NCBI GenBank assembly: GCA_946530505.1
Contig: CAMNAD010000001.1
Coordinates: 1-38,991 of the forward strand
Source: an uncultured Bacteroidales bacterium
GTDB taxonomy: Bacteria > Bacteroidota > Bacteroidia > Bacteroidales > UBA932
DNA length: 38,991 bases
Direction of reading: 5' to 3'
Shown: positions 1-8,484 of the stretch, one piece after another
Layout of the letters: each line of letters starts with the position of its first letter
How positions within the stretch are numbered: position 1 is the first letter of the stretch
Program-made: the position numbers and the translations under genes
The notes under the pieces: model-generated
Seen by the model: the letters and a program-made list of their open reading frames with translations, nothing else
Told to the model about the DNA's origin: nothing
The model's database searches: none

Positions 1-3000
1 AGCACGCTGCGCGATATGGCGAGGCCCAGGCCGCTGCCGCCGTTTTTGGTGGTGAAGTTCGGAGTGAACAACTTGTCGATATTCTCTTCGGCCACACCCG
101 GGCCGCTGTCCTCGAACACAATGTCGTAGTAGCCTTCGGTGATGGAATTGCGGAGACTCACGCGCACCGTGCCTTCGGCATCGCCATGCCCGGCGATGGC
201 CTGCACGGAATTGCTGATGAGATTCACGAAAACCCGGGTCAACTGCGGCTTCGGCCCCATCACCATGACATCTTCCAGGCCTATGTACTCGAACTTGAAG
301 CCGTCCCTGTTGTCGAACATCGACAACTCTTCCTGCAGGAGGGCCGAAAGGTTGATTTCATCCGGCTCCTGCGAATACAACTTCGCAAAGGTCGAGAATT
401 CGTTGGCGGTCTCCGTAAGCATGTCGATGTGATCGAGCAGAGTCTTGCTGCTTTCGTCGAATTTGTCCTGCCAGCTCTCGTCTCCCTTGCTCTTGAGACG
501 CATCAGGCGCTGTATCTGGAGCTTCATCGGAGTGAGCGGATTCTTGATCTCGTGGGCGACCTGCCGGGCCATTCCGCTCCACGCCTTGTCGCGCTCCGCC
601 TGAGCCAGCTGGCGGGTGCTCTCGCGGAGCTCGGTCACCATGTTGTTGTAGGCATTCACGAGGCCGGAAATCTCATCCTTGCTATTGTACTGAATGTACT
701 CGAGCTCCCCGATCCCCGCGGAATCCATCTTGGTCCCCATCTCAACCAGCGGCTTGAACATCAGCGCAAGCACGCGGGACACCATGAACGTCGCCACCAG
801 CAGCAGGAAAATGAACAGCGAGACTATCATCAGGGAATGGCTTACGACATAAGATTCGAAGTCGTAGCTTTCATCGGTATAAGGAGAACAGATGATGGCC
901 AGCACCGAACCGTCTTCTCCCAGCAACGGGGCATACATACTGTAGTACGCCCTCTTCCCTATCCGCTCCTTATGGATAAAATACCTGCTTGTATTCTTGA
1001 CTATTGAAATGAAAGCATCTGAATCGATCCTCGGTTCCATAGTCATCTGGTAGAACAGATCCGGGGCCGTCGACATCATGACCATACCGGAGGGAGAATA
1101 CAGGGTTATGTCGGAATTGGTATTGTTGCCGACATCGCTGATGATGCGCATCATCTCCTGTGTGCGGATATCCGGTTCTTTGAGCAAAGCACGGGCCCTT
1201 GCTGACACCGAAGCCTGAATAGAGTTTATCTTCTCCGACATCAGGGTGTTGCGGTTGACTTCATTACGGTTGATGACGAAAGCCATACTGACGGCAGCCA
1301 TGGTAACCAGCGTCATCACCAGAGAGATCAGCACAACCAGACGTATCCTTGTCTGGAAATAACTTTGCCCGAATGCCCTGCGCCTGGCCTTGCGCATCGA
1401 CACCAGTGTAAAAAACAGGAAACAGAGCAGGCCGATGAATATCACGGATATGACGTAATTGACCGTCTTTATCTTCTGGCGGGAGATGACTACGGCCTCA
1501 TTGGGAGTGACGTTGTATATGAAATGCACCCATGAGCCCTGCTTCATACGTCCGTCCTCAGTCCAGCCGTCAGGCATCTTGACGGAATAGGCATAACTCC
1601 CTCTGAATGTAAGGAGTTTTCCGTCGTTGTACCGTGCGAAAGAATACTTTGCCGGAATCAGAACCTGTCCGGGCAAAGTAGGGCCTATGATGCTGGCATA
1701 GCCGCTGTACCTCCAGTCTGTTTTCTGCTCTACGATTATCAAGACGCGGCTCAGGCCATAATTCCCTATATTGAAGTAAAAAGCCCCCAGATATGTAACG
1801 AATCCGTTGCCGGCATCTACATAGGAAAAGCGGGAATTTGGAGCGATGGGCTCGGAGCCGTTCAGCAACGCGAAATCCTCGCTTTTCAGTGAAACGGAAA
1901 CATCATAATCCTGCATGATGCGCCGCATATAGCTCTCTGCCAGACGGTTGCTTATGCTCGCCCCGCCATTTTCAAGCACCGAAAGCGACGCGATGATAGG
2001 GTCGGATGCTATGCGTTCCTCGGCAGAGCGCAAGCGCATTTCCAGCGAAATGTCCCTGCTGACGGCCAGTCTCCTCGCCCACACCTCGAGACTTGCCTGC
2101 TCCTTCTTGAGGCCAAGGGATGCCGTAATGCATACGAACAGGATGGCACCAAGGCTGGAAAGCAGGATGCGGATTGCGGGGCGTCTGGAGAAAACAGGAG
2201 TCAGCATCTGCACGAGCATCATGACTACTGTCAGCAGAAGGATATATGAGAAAATGATGATGGCGCTGACCACCGAAAAATTCTCCAGCTTATAGAGTTC
2301 GAGGGAAATATTTGAATTCAGCACTATGCTCCTGAGCGCAAATACTGTATAAGTCACGACTCCCACTATCATCAGGGATATGAACAACGTCCACATTACG
2401 CGGGAATTCCTTGAACGCAAACGGCGGTAGATGTCGCGGCGGACGACATACATAAACCCTACCAGAAGCAGAATCGCGACAAGATAGTTCACGTGTGCTC
2501 CCAGTGAATAAAACAGCCCGGAATCGGCATATACGGCAGGAGAAAAAACAGGGATCTCATTGCCAATGTCACGGCCCCATATCTGCAGTGTGGCCATTAT
2601 CGGAAAGATGGGCAGGAATGCTATCCAGAACCGTTTGAGGGACGGTTTCGCATAAAGAAACACAAAACCGCAGAAAATGAATATGGTCAGCGCCAGAAGA
2701 AGCAGGACGTGATTAACGGCAAAGACCGGCCCGGGGGAATCATAAACAAGCTTGAATTCCGGAATACCTCCGACACACACCTCCCTGCCTTCGCTGAACG
2801 ATATCGGCTGGATGCTGTAAGACCCCTGGGCTACGGAATTGGAATTTACGATTTCCAAACCCGCGATTATACGCACATCCAGGCTGTCGACCGACTTTGC
2901 AAGATACCATTTCGGACCAAGATTGCAGAAAGACACGTCGTGACCTACCGAAGCCAAAGGGGACCTCCCCGGAGAACGCGGGCTGACTATGGCATCCAAC

Positions 3001-3320
3001 AGGACCCCGGAGCGGATATCGTCGTTCATCACGGGGAAACGGTTGCACCAACTCTGAAGAGAATCGTTGACATACCTGTAGATTACCATATCCTGAGGCA
3101 GATTGTGCAGGTCCAGCCACTCGTCTGATGGTGTATCCAACGCACGGGAAATATAACCATCAAGAACGGCCATGCGGTGATTCACCCTTCGTTCCAGGCG
3201 TTGTGCCGATTCTTCTGCACGACGGGACGGATTACTGCCGATGGTTGAAAGCCCCAGCAGCAACAGGCTGACCGCAAGAAGGCAACCTGCAATAATATCC
3301 ATTATCCTGCGTCTGTTCAT
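1..3320 (-). CDS. Large multi-pass membrane sensor histidine kinase (NtrY-like; HAMP-HisKA-HATPase), 3' end outside window
   Basis: Not in the ORF track because no stop falls inside the window. Read manually on the minus strand: ATG at 3320 overlaps the rlmH stop (ATGA), giving MNRRRIMDIIAGCLLAVSLLLLG. Many hydrophobic segments follow. H-box AWSGMARQVAHEIKNPLTPMKL lies near 520-590; G1/F/G2 boxes DSGPGV..LFTPNFTTKNGGSGLGLAI lie near 10-115. Start and C-terminal motifs share one frame; frame continuity was sampled, not checked codon by codon. Confidence 0.9.
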   Translation of the reverse strand, partial: MNRRRIMDIIAGCLLAVSLLLLGLSTIGSNPSRRAEESAQRLERRVNHRMAVLDGYISRALDTPSDEWLDLHNLPQDMVIYRYVNDSLQSWCNRFPVMNDDIRSGVLLDAIVSPRSPGRSPLASVGHDVSFCNLGPKWYLAKSVDSLDVRIIAGLEIVNSNSVAQGSYSIQPISFSEGREVCVGGIPEFKLVYDSPGPVFAVNHVLLLLALTIFIFCGFVFLYAKPSLKRFWIAFLPIFPIMATLQIWGRDIGNEIPVFSPAVYADSGLFYSLGAHVNYLVAILLLVGFMYVVRRDIYRRLRSRNSRVMWTLFISLMIVGVVTYTVFALRSIVLNSNISLELYKLENFSVVSAIIIFSYILLLTVVMMLVQMLTPVFSRRPAIRILLSSLGAILFVCITASLGLKKEQASLEVWARRLAVSRDISLEMRLRSAEERIASDPIIASLSVLENGGASISNRLAESYMRRIMQDYDVSVSLKSEDFALLNGSEPIAPNSRFSYVDAGNGFVTYLGAFYFNIGNYGLSRVLIIVEQKTDWRYSGYASIIGPTLPGQVLIPAKYSFARYNDGKLLTFRGSYAYSVKMPDGWTEDGRMKQGSWVHFIYNVTPNEAVVISRQKIKTVNYVISVIFIGLLCFLFFTLVSMRKARRRAFGQSYFQTRIRLVVLISLVMTLVTMAAVSMAFVINRNEVNRNTLMSEKINSIQASVSARARALLKEPDIRTQEMMRIISDVGNNTNSDITLYSPSGMVMMSTAPDLFYQMTMEPRIDSDAFISIVKNTSRYFIHKERIGKRAYYSMYAPLLGEDGSVLAIICSPYTDESYDFESYVVSHSLMIVSLFIFLLLVATFMVSRVLALMFKPLVEMGTKMDSAGIGELEYIQYNSKDEISGLVNAYNNMVTELRESTRQLAQAERDKAWSGMARQVAHEIKNPLTPMKLQIQRLMRLKSKGDESWQDKFDESSKTLLDHIDMLTETANEFSTFAKLYSQEPDEINLSALLQEELSMFDNRDGFKFEYIGLEDVMVMGPKPQLTRVFVNLISNSVQAIAGHGDAEGTVRVSLRNSITEGYYDIVFEDSGPGVAEENIDKLFTPNFTTKNGGSGLGLAISRSV

Positions 3321-3787
3321 TCGTGATGATAGGGTTCTCCTTTAATAATAGTGAAGGCCCGGTATAACTGCTCTGCAAAAATCGTTCTCACCATTTGATG
3401 AGAAAAAGTCATTTTGCTGAGAGACAGCTTCCCGGATGCGACATCATAGACTTCCCTGCTGAAACCATAAGCACCTCCTATAACAAAACAGATATCTTTC
3501 CCTCCTCTGTTCAAGCGGTCCTGCAGCCACGCCGCGAACTCGATGGACCTGTATTCCCTGCCGTGCTCGTCAAGAAGATATATTTCCATGCCCACGGTCT
3601 CTTTTAGAATAAGAGCCCCTTCCCTGGATTTTATCTGGTCTTCGCTCAATGCGGAAGTGTTCTTCAATTCGGGTATCTCCTTGAGTTCGAACCTGGCATA
3701 ATGCTGAAGGCGGGCCGCATATAGCTGCAAGCCCTCCCTCACCCAGGGGACATCGGTTTTGCCGACCGTAAGAAGAACTATCTTCAT
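3317..3787 (-). CDS. rlmH: 23S rRNA (pseudouridine1915-N3)-methyltransferase
   Basis: MKIVLLTVGKT start, FVIGGAYG, SLSKMTFSHQMVR and C-terminal GEPYHHE are typical SPOUT RlmH motifs. Start moved to the ATG at 3787. Confidence 0.96.
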   Translation of the reverse strand: MKIVLLTVGKTDVPWVREGLQLYAARLQHYARFELKEIPELKNTSALSEDQIKSREGALILKETVGMEIYLLDEHGREYRSIEFAAWLQDRLNRGGKDICFVIGGAYGFSREVYDVASGKLSLSKMTFSHQMVRTIFAEQLYRAFTIIKGEPYHHE

Positions 3788-3793
3788 AGAATG

Positions 3794-3801
3794 CAAAGAT
3801 A
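3794..3801 (-). promoter_or_regulatory. Bacteroidetes -7 promoter element (TATCTTTG) for rlmH and the kinase
   Basis: Matches the TAnnTTTG consensus, 6 nt upstream of the rlmH ATG. Confidence 0.65.
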
Positions 3802-3837
3802 ATGATCTGGCGCAGTATTTGCAAAAGATCTTTTGGT

Positions 3838-4245
3838 ATGCATTTAAGTTTCAAAGCATTCATAACAGCATTCCTGATGCTTTGCTCCGTTTCCGTGGCC
3901 AAGGCCCAGAGCGGGAGCTATGATGTTTTTGTCCCCATATCGAAATATATTTCCCAAGGGAACGCAGAGGCCCTCTCTGCCTGGTTTTCGGACAATCTGG
4001 ACATAACTATCCTTGCAAAAGGAGGAAATTCCAGCAAAGTGCAGGCAAAACAGATTGTAAGCAATTTCTTCAATGCACACACACCAAGGTCGTTCGAAGT
4101 GACCTATACCGCAGGACGTGCCAATATGAAATACGCACTCGGCAACCTCAATGCTGGAGGCGAAACCTATCTGGTAACGATTTTCGTCTACTGTAACGAA
4201 GAGAAAAACCAGATACAGCAATTCAAAATAGAGAGAGTACAATAA
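3838..4245 (+). CDS. DUF4783-family secreted protein
   Basis: Signal peptide, then ISQGNAEALSAWF...SKVQAKQIVSNFF...IQQFKIE, which resembles DUF4783. That family is commonly adjacent to rlmH in Bacteroidales. The ATG at 3838 is preferred as start. Confidence 0.75.
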   Translation: MHLSFKAFITAFLMLCSVSVAKAQSGSYDVFVPISKYISQGNAEALSAWFSDNLDITILAKGGNSSKVQAKQIVSNFFNAHTPRSFEVTYTAGRANMKYALGNLNAGGETYLVTIFVYCNEEKNQIQQFKIERVQ

Positions 4246-4273
4246 AAATGGCGGCCTTGAAGGTCGCCATTAT
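4244..4273. terminator. Probable intrinsic terminator hairpin between the convergent DUF4783-like gene and efp
   Basis: AATGGCGGCC-TTGAA-GGTCGCCATT stem (4247-4271, one G-U pair). The A-run on the left gives a U-tract for the efp transcript. Confidence 0.7.
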
Positions 4274-4294
4274 CATTCCGGTTTTACACTCTTG

Positions 4295-4858
4295 TCAGAC
4301 ACGCTGGCCGTAGCTGCGGTCGGTAGTGTTTACGGTAATCACATCACCCTGGTTGATGAAGAGGGGAACCATGATCTTTGCACCGGTCTCGAGAGTGACC
4401 TCCTTGAGAGCGGAAGTGGAAGCGGTATTGCCCTTGACTGCAGGCTCCGAATAAGTGACTTCGAGGGTAACATAGGTAGGGAGTTCGCAAGTGAGGCAGC
4501 GCTCTTCGTCAGAAACGAACATCATCTCAACGTGCTGTCCTTCCTTCATAAGGTCGGCATTCTCAACCACGTCGTGAGGGAGATGAATCTGCTCGTAAGT
4601 TTCTTCGTGCATGAAGTTGAATCCGTCTTCATCAGCATAGAGGAACTGATAGGGACGGCGCTCCACATTGATGGTTTCGATTTTGGCACCTGCAGTGAAG
4701 GTGTTTTCGAGGATGCGTCCGTTTTCGAGGTTGCGAAGTTTGGTTTTAACGAAAGCGGGGCCCTTGCCAGGCTTCACATGCTGGAACCAAACGATCATAC
4801 AAGGCTTACCATTGAAATTCAGGTAGAGGCCGTTTTTGAAATCAGCTGTTGTTGCCAT
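4295..4858 (-). CDS. efp: Translation elongation factor P
   Basis: FQHVKPGKGPAFV motif, LETGAKIMVPLFI, 187 aa. Confidence 0.98.
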   Translation of the reverse strand: MATTADFKNGLYLNFNGKPCMIVWFQHVKPGKGPAFVKTKLRNLENGRILENTFTAGAKIETINVERRPYQFLYADEDGFNFMHEETYEQIHLPHDVVENADLMKEGQHVEMMFVSDEERCLTCELPTYVTLEVTYSEPAVKGNTASTSALKEVTLETGAKIMVPLFINQGDVITVNTTDRSYGQRV

Positions 4859-4892
4859 ATAAAAACTTGATGATTATTTCGAGTATACCACG

Positions 4893-4900
4893 CAAAAATA
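4893..4900 (-). promoter_or_regulatory. -7 promoter element (TATTTTTG) for efp
   Basis: TAnnTTTG match in the ispH-efp spacer, followed by an AT-rich leader. Confidence 0.6.
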
Positions 4901-4914
4901 ATGATTATGCGCCA

Positions 4915-5841
4915 TTAATGCAAATTTTTGATTTTTGAGGCCACTTCTTCGAGCAGCCACTTGGGAGTAGATGTCGCCCCGCACACTCCTATGTTATCTT
5001 CCGGACGAAACCATTCGGAATCCAGCCCGGAGGCATCCACAATGCAGAATGTCCGTGCGTTTTCCCTCTTGCAGAGTTCGGAAAGCACTTTCCCGTTTGA
5101 ACTCTCGCGGCCGGATACAAAAACAACGGCATCATGGCTGCGGGCAAACTCTGCAAGCTCCCTATGACGGGATGCCACCTGTCTGCAGATGGTATTGTGA
5201 ACGGAAAGCAAGTCAGGGGACGACATGTTCTGCCCGAGTATCCTGCATATCTGCTCGTACTCCACAGGGCTTTTTGTTGTCTGCGAGAATATGTCGATAT
5301 GCCGGGACGGGTCGATGCGGCCGTTCGAAAGCGCTTCAGCCAACTGGGCGGAATTCTCTATCACCACGGCCTTCCCGTCCACCTGTCCGACAAGTCCAAG
5401 CACTTCTGCATGGCCGATTTTGCCGAATATCACGATCTGTCCTTCGGGCGCATTGCGCTTGGCCGCTTCGCGTATGCTCTTCTGGATGTTCAGCACCACC
5501 GGGCAGGTGAAATCCACAACATTGAACCCCCTTTCGCGTGCCTGGGCGTAGGTCTGCGGCGGCTCCCCATGGGCCCGTATCAGAAGTGTCTTTTGCGCGG
5601 AGACCGGCGCTTTTCCGGCTGAGCCTTTTTTTGGCGAAGACGGGAATGACGCCGGCGCAGCGCCAAGAGAGGTCAAGGTTACAAGCCCTTTGGCGTGCAG
5701 ACGCGCCAACTCGGCTTCGTTGTGGACTATGGCACCGAGAGAATACAGGCAGCCGTTTTCGGCAAGGAGCTTCTCCGCGCCCTCGATGGCACGGATAACA
5801 CCCCCGCAAAAGCCGGAATTACCGTCGATCTCTACCGTCAT
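4915..5841 (-). CDS. ispH: 4-hydroxy-3-methylbut-2-enyl diphosphate reductase
   Basis: GFCGGV, IVHN, RAHG, TCPVV, SQTT, TICRQV, SSN and GATSTP motifs, with three Fe-S cysteines. Carries an extra low-complexity segment before LLIRAHG. Confidence 0.96.
   Translation of the reverse strand: MTVEIDGNSGFCGGVIRAIEGAEKLLAENGCLYSLGAIVHNEAELARLHAKGLVTLTSLGAAPASFPSSPKKGSAGKAPVSAQKTLLIRAHGEPPQTYAQARERGFNVVDFTCPVVLNIQKSIREAAKRNAPEGQIVIFGKIGHAEVLGLVGQVDGKAVVIENSAQLAEALSNGRIDPSRHIDIFSQTTKSPVEYEQICRILGQNMSSPDLLSVHNTICRQVASRHRELAEFARSHDAVVFVSGRESSNGKVLSELCKRENARTFCIVDASGLDSEWFRPEDNIGVCGATSTPKWLLEEVASKIKNLH
5589..5668. repeat. Imperfect palindrome in frame within ispH
   Basis: Nested inverted repeats CCGGCG(5604-09)/CGCCGG(5650-55), TTTTCCG(5611-17)/CGGGAA(5641-46) and GCC/GGC around a T7 loop. 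Coincides with the peptide GAAPASFPSSPKKGSAGKAPVSAQK. Confidence 0.55.
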
Positions 5842-6545
5842 CAGCCCAAAATGCCAAACTTTCCCTGCATGAGTCCCTGGATCCAGACAAGTTCTTCATG
5901 CAGATTCATATCGGAATTGTCGAGCTCGAATGCATCGTCGGCACGCCTGAGAGGAGATGTCTCACGATGCGAGTCTATGTAGTCACGCTCTTTGAGGTTG
6001 GCCATTACTTCCTCCATCGTTGCCGGAGTCCCCTTGGCCTGAAGTTCGTCGAAGCGTCTCCGGGCCCGCACCTCATCACTGGCCGTCATGAATATCTTCA
6101 GCTCAGCAGCAGGGAACACGGTGGTTCCTATATCACGGCCATCCATTATGACACGTCCGTTGATGCTGAATGCATGCAGGCGCTCATCAACCCAGGAACG
6201 CACGAAAGGCACTGCCGACACAGGGCTGACCAGCGATGAAACCTCCATGGTGCGTATTTCCTTTTCGATATTGCGGTCGCCGCTGAAAAGTTGCGTACTG
6301 CCATCTTCCGGACGCTCGAAATGAAGGTCGAAGCCCGCATCCAGGGCAGCCTTGAGTGCAGGCTCGTCGATGCCTGAAGGACCAGCTATTCCCTTTTCCA
6401 AAGCAAGCAGGGTTACTCCGCGGTACATTGCGCCGGAATCGAGATACAAGAAAGCAAAATGCTTCGCAACAAGCTTTGCGAAAGTACTTTTGCCCGTGGA
6501 CGACCATCCGTCCACCGCGATGATGATGTCGGGAACTGTTATCAT
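5841..6545 (-). CDS. cmk: Cytidylate kinase
   Basis: IAVDGWSSTGKST P-loop, LDSGAMYR, DGRDIGTTVFP. The true start is the ATG at 6545 (ATGA overlap with the upstream stop), not 6710. Confidence 0.96.
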   Translation of the reverse strand: MITVPDIIIAVDGWSSTGKSTFAKLVAKHFAFLYLDSGAMYRGVTLLALEKGIAGPSGIDEPALKAALDAGFDLHFERPEDGSTQLFSGDRNIEKEIRTMEVSSLVSPVSAVPFVRSWVDERLHAFSINGRVIMDGRDIGTTVFPAAELKIFMTASDEVRARRRFDELQAKGTPATMEEVMANLKERDYIDSHRETSPLRRADDAFELDNSDMNLHEELVWIQGLMQGKFGILG

Positions 6546-7687
6546 ACGAAATCTTTTACGTCTTTTGCAGAAACAGGGTTGCCGCCGAGAATCAGCAGAC
6601 GCTCGACCACATTGCGAAGTTCGCGGATATTGCCCGGCCAGTGTCTCTCCTGAAGCAGGCGGATGGCTTCGTCGCTGAATGCTACAACACTCTTGCCGCT
6701 TTCCGCGCATATCTGTTCCACGAAATAATTAACCAGCTCAGGGATATCTTCTTTGCGGTCGTCCAGCGACGGGACCTTGATAAGGATTACGCTCAACCTG
6801 TGGTAAAGGTCTTCGCGGAAACGATTCTCCTCTATCTCCCTGCGAAGATCCTTGTTGGTGGCGGCGATTACACGCACATCGACCTGTATATCCTTGTCAG
6901 AGCCCACGCGGGACAGCTTTTTCTCCTGAAGCACACGCAGGACCTTCGCCTGGGCGGCAAGCGACATGTCTCCGATCTCATCCAGGAAGAGGGTGCCCCC
7001 GTCAGCCTGCTCGAATTTGCCCTTGTGCTGCTTTATCGCCGAGGTGAAAGAACCCTTTTCGTGTCCGAAGAGTTCACTTTCTATAAGTTCGGAAGGGATG
7101 GCCGCGCAGTTCACTTCGATATATGGCATGGCACTGCGGTCACTCTGCTGGTGCAGGCTGCGTGCAACCAGTTCCTTGCCGGTACCGTTTGCTCCGGTAA
7201 TAAGCACGCGCGCATCGGTAGGCGCCACCTTGGCGATCATATCCCTTATCTGCTGCAATGCAGCCGATGAACCGACCATCTGCTGGCCATATACTTTCTT
7301 CTTGAGAACCTTGTTGTCCTTGACAAGAGTGGTGCGTTCCGAAGCGTTTTTGACAGTAATGAGGATGCGGTTCAGATCGAGGGGTTTGGGGATGTAGTCG
7401 AAGGCTCCCCGCTTGATGCAGTCGATGGCTGTATCAAGGTCACCGTGGCCTGTAATCATCACAACTGCTGAATCTATACCCTCGTCATGCACGAAGTCAA
7501 GGACTTCGTTACCGTCCTTCACAGGCATCTTGATATCGCAGAACACCACATCGTAGTGTTCCTTGCTTATCAAATCGATGCCGGCAGCACCGTCTTCGGC
7601 AAGGTCCACTTCATATCCCTCGTCGCCGAGTATCTCCTTGAGCGAATTCCTGATGGACCGCTCGTCATCTATTACGAGTATTTTCAT
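6542..7687 (-). CDS. Sigma54-type response regulator (receiver + AAA+; NtrX-like), no C-terminal HTH
   Basis: Receiver domain (IDDE, DIKMP, TGHG, KP), Walker [38 protein letters not shown]. The protein ends just after the AAA+ domain (381 aa). Confidence 0.93.
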   Translation of the reverse strand: MKILVIDDERSIRNSLKEILGDEGYEVDLAEDGAAGIDLISKEHYDVVFCDIKMPVKDGNEVLDFVHDEGIDSAVVMITGHGDLDTAIDCIKRGAFDYIPKPLDLNRILITVKNASERTTLVKDNKVLKKKVYGQQMVGSSAALQQIRDMIAKVAPTDARVLITGANGTGKELVARSLHQQSDRSAMPYIEVNCAAIPSELIESELFGHEKGSFTSAIKQHKGKFEQADGGTLFLDEIGDMSLAAQAKVLRVLQEKKLSRVGSDKDIQVDVRVIAATNKDLRREIEENRFREDLYHRLSVILIKVPSLDDRKEDIPELVNYFVEQICAESGKSVVAFSDEAIRLLQERHWPGNIRELRNVVERLLILGGNPVSAKDVKDFV

Positions 7688-8478
7688 TCTTCCTCCTTTT
7701 TCTGTTGGGCAATCATCTCCGCGTGCTCACGCTGCGCGCGCTCCACCGAAACGGAACGCTTGAGCACGAAGCCCGAGCCAAGATATTTTGTACGTACGTC
7801 TTCGTCTCCCGCAAGAGCCTCCGGAGTACCCTGCTGAAGGATGGTGCCCTCATAAAGCAGGTATGCCCGGTCGGTAATTGCAAGCGTTTCACCAACGTTA
7901 TGGTCGGTTATGATAACCCCGATGTTGCGATATTTGAGTTTGGCAATAATGTACTGGATATCCTCCACTGCGATAGGGTCAACTCCGGCGAACGGCTCAT
8001 CCAGCAGGATGAACTTTGGGTCTATTGCAAGTGCCCGCGCAATCTCACAGCGCCTGCGCTCACCTCCTGACAGCTGAATCCCAAGACTCTTACGCACCTT
8101 GGAAAGATTAAACTCGTCGATCAGTTGTTCCATACGATCCTTGCGCTCCGCCTTGGTCATCCCGGTCATCTCCATCACGGAGAGGATGTTGTCCTCGACA
8201 CTCATTTTGCGGAAAACGGAAGCTTCCTGGGGCAGATAACCCACACCTTTCTGTGCACGTTTATACATAGGAAGACCTGTAAGCTCTTCGTCATCCAGAA
8301 AAATACGTCCTTCATTAGGGACTATCTGCCCGGTTATCATATAAAAGCTTGTTGTCTTCCCTGCACCGTTCGGCCCAAGAAAGCCTACTATCTCACCCTG
8401 GTTGACTTCCATCGACACACCTTTTACGACGGTGCGTACACCATATTTCTTTACCAGATTTTCGCAGCGAAGTTTCAT
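7684..8478 (-). CDS. lptB: LPS export ABC transporter ATP-binding protein
   Basis: [59 protein letters not shown]. Confidence 0.95.
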   Translation of the reverse strand: MKLRCENLVKKYGVRTVVKGVSMEVNQGEIVGFLGPNGAGKTTSFYMITGQIVPNEGRIFLDDEELTGLPMYKRAQKGVGYLPQEASVFRKMSVEDNILSVMEMTGMTKAERKDRMEQLIDEFNLSKVRKSLGIQLSGGERRRCEIARALAIDPKFILLDEPFAGVDPIAVEDIQYIIAKLKYRNIGVIITDHNVGETLAITDRAYLLYEGTILQQGTPEALAGDEDVRTKYLGSGFVLKRSVSVERAQREHAEMIAQQKKEEE

Positions 8479-8484
8479 TCCTTT

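Noticed and set aside
186-3128. Plus-strand ORFs (186-1007, 1948-2295, 2709-3128) and short minus-strand ORFs in the first 3.3 kb
   Set aside because: They are shadows of the minus-strand histidine kinase, which has clear motifs and spans the whole region.
6546-6710. N-terminal extension of cmk in the ORF track
   Set aside because: It overlaps the sigma54 regulator. Cmk similarity begins at the ATG at 6545, which forms an ATGA overlap.
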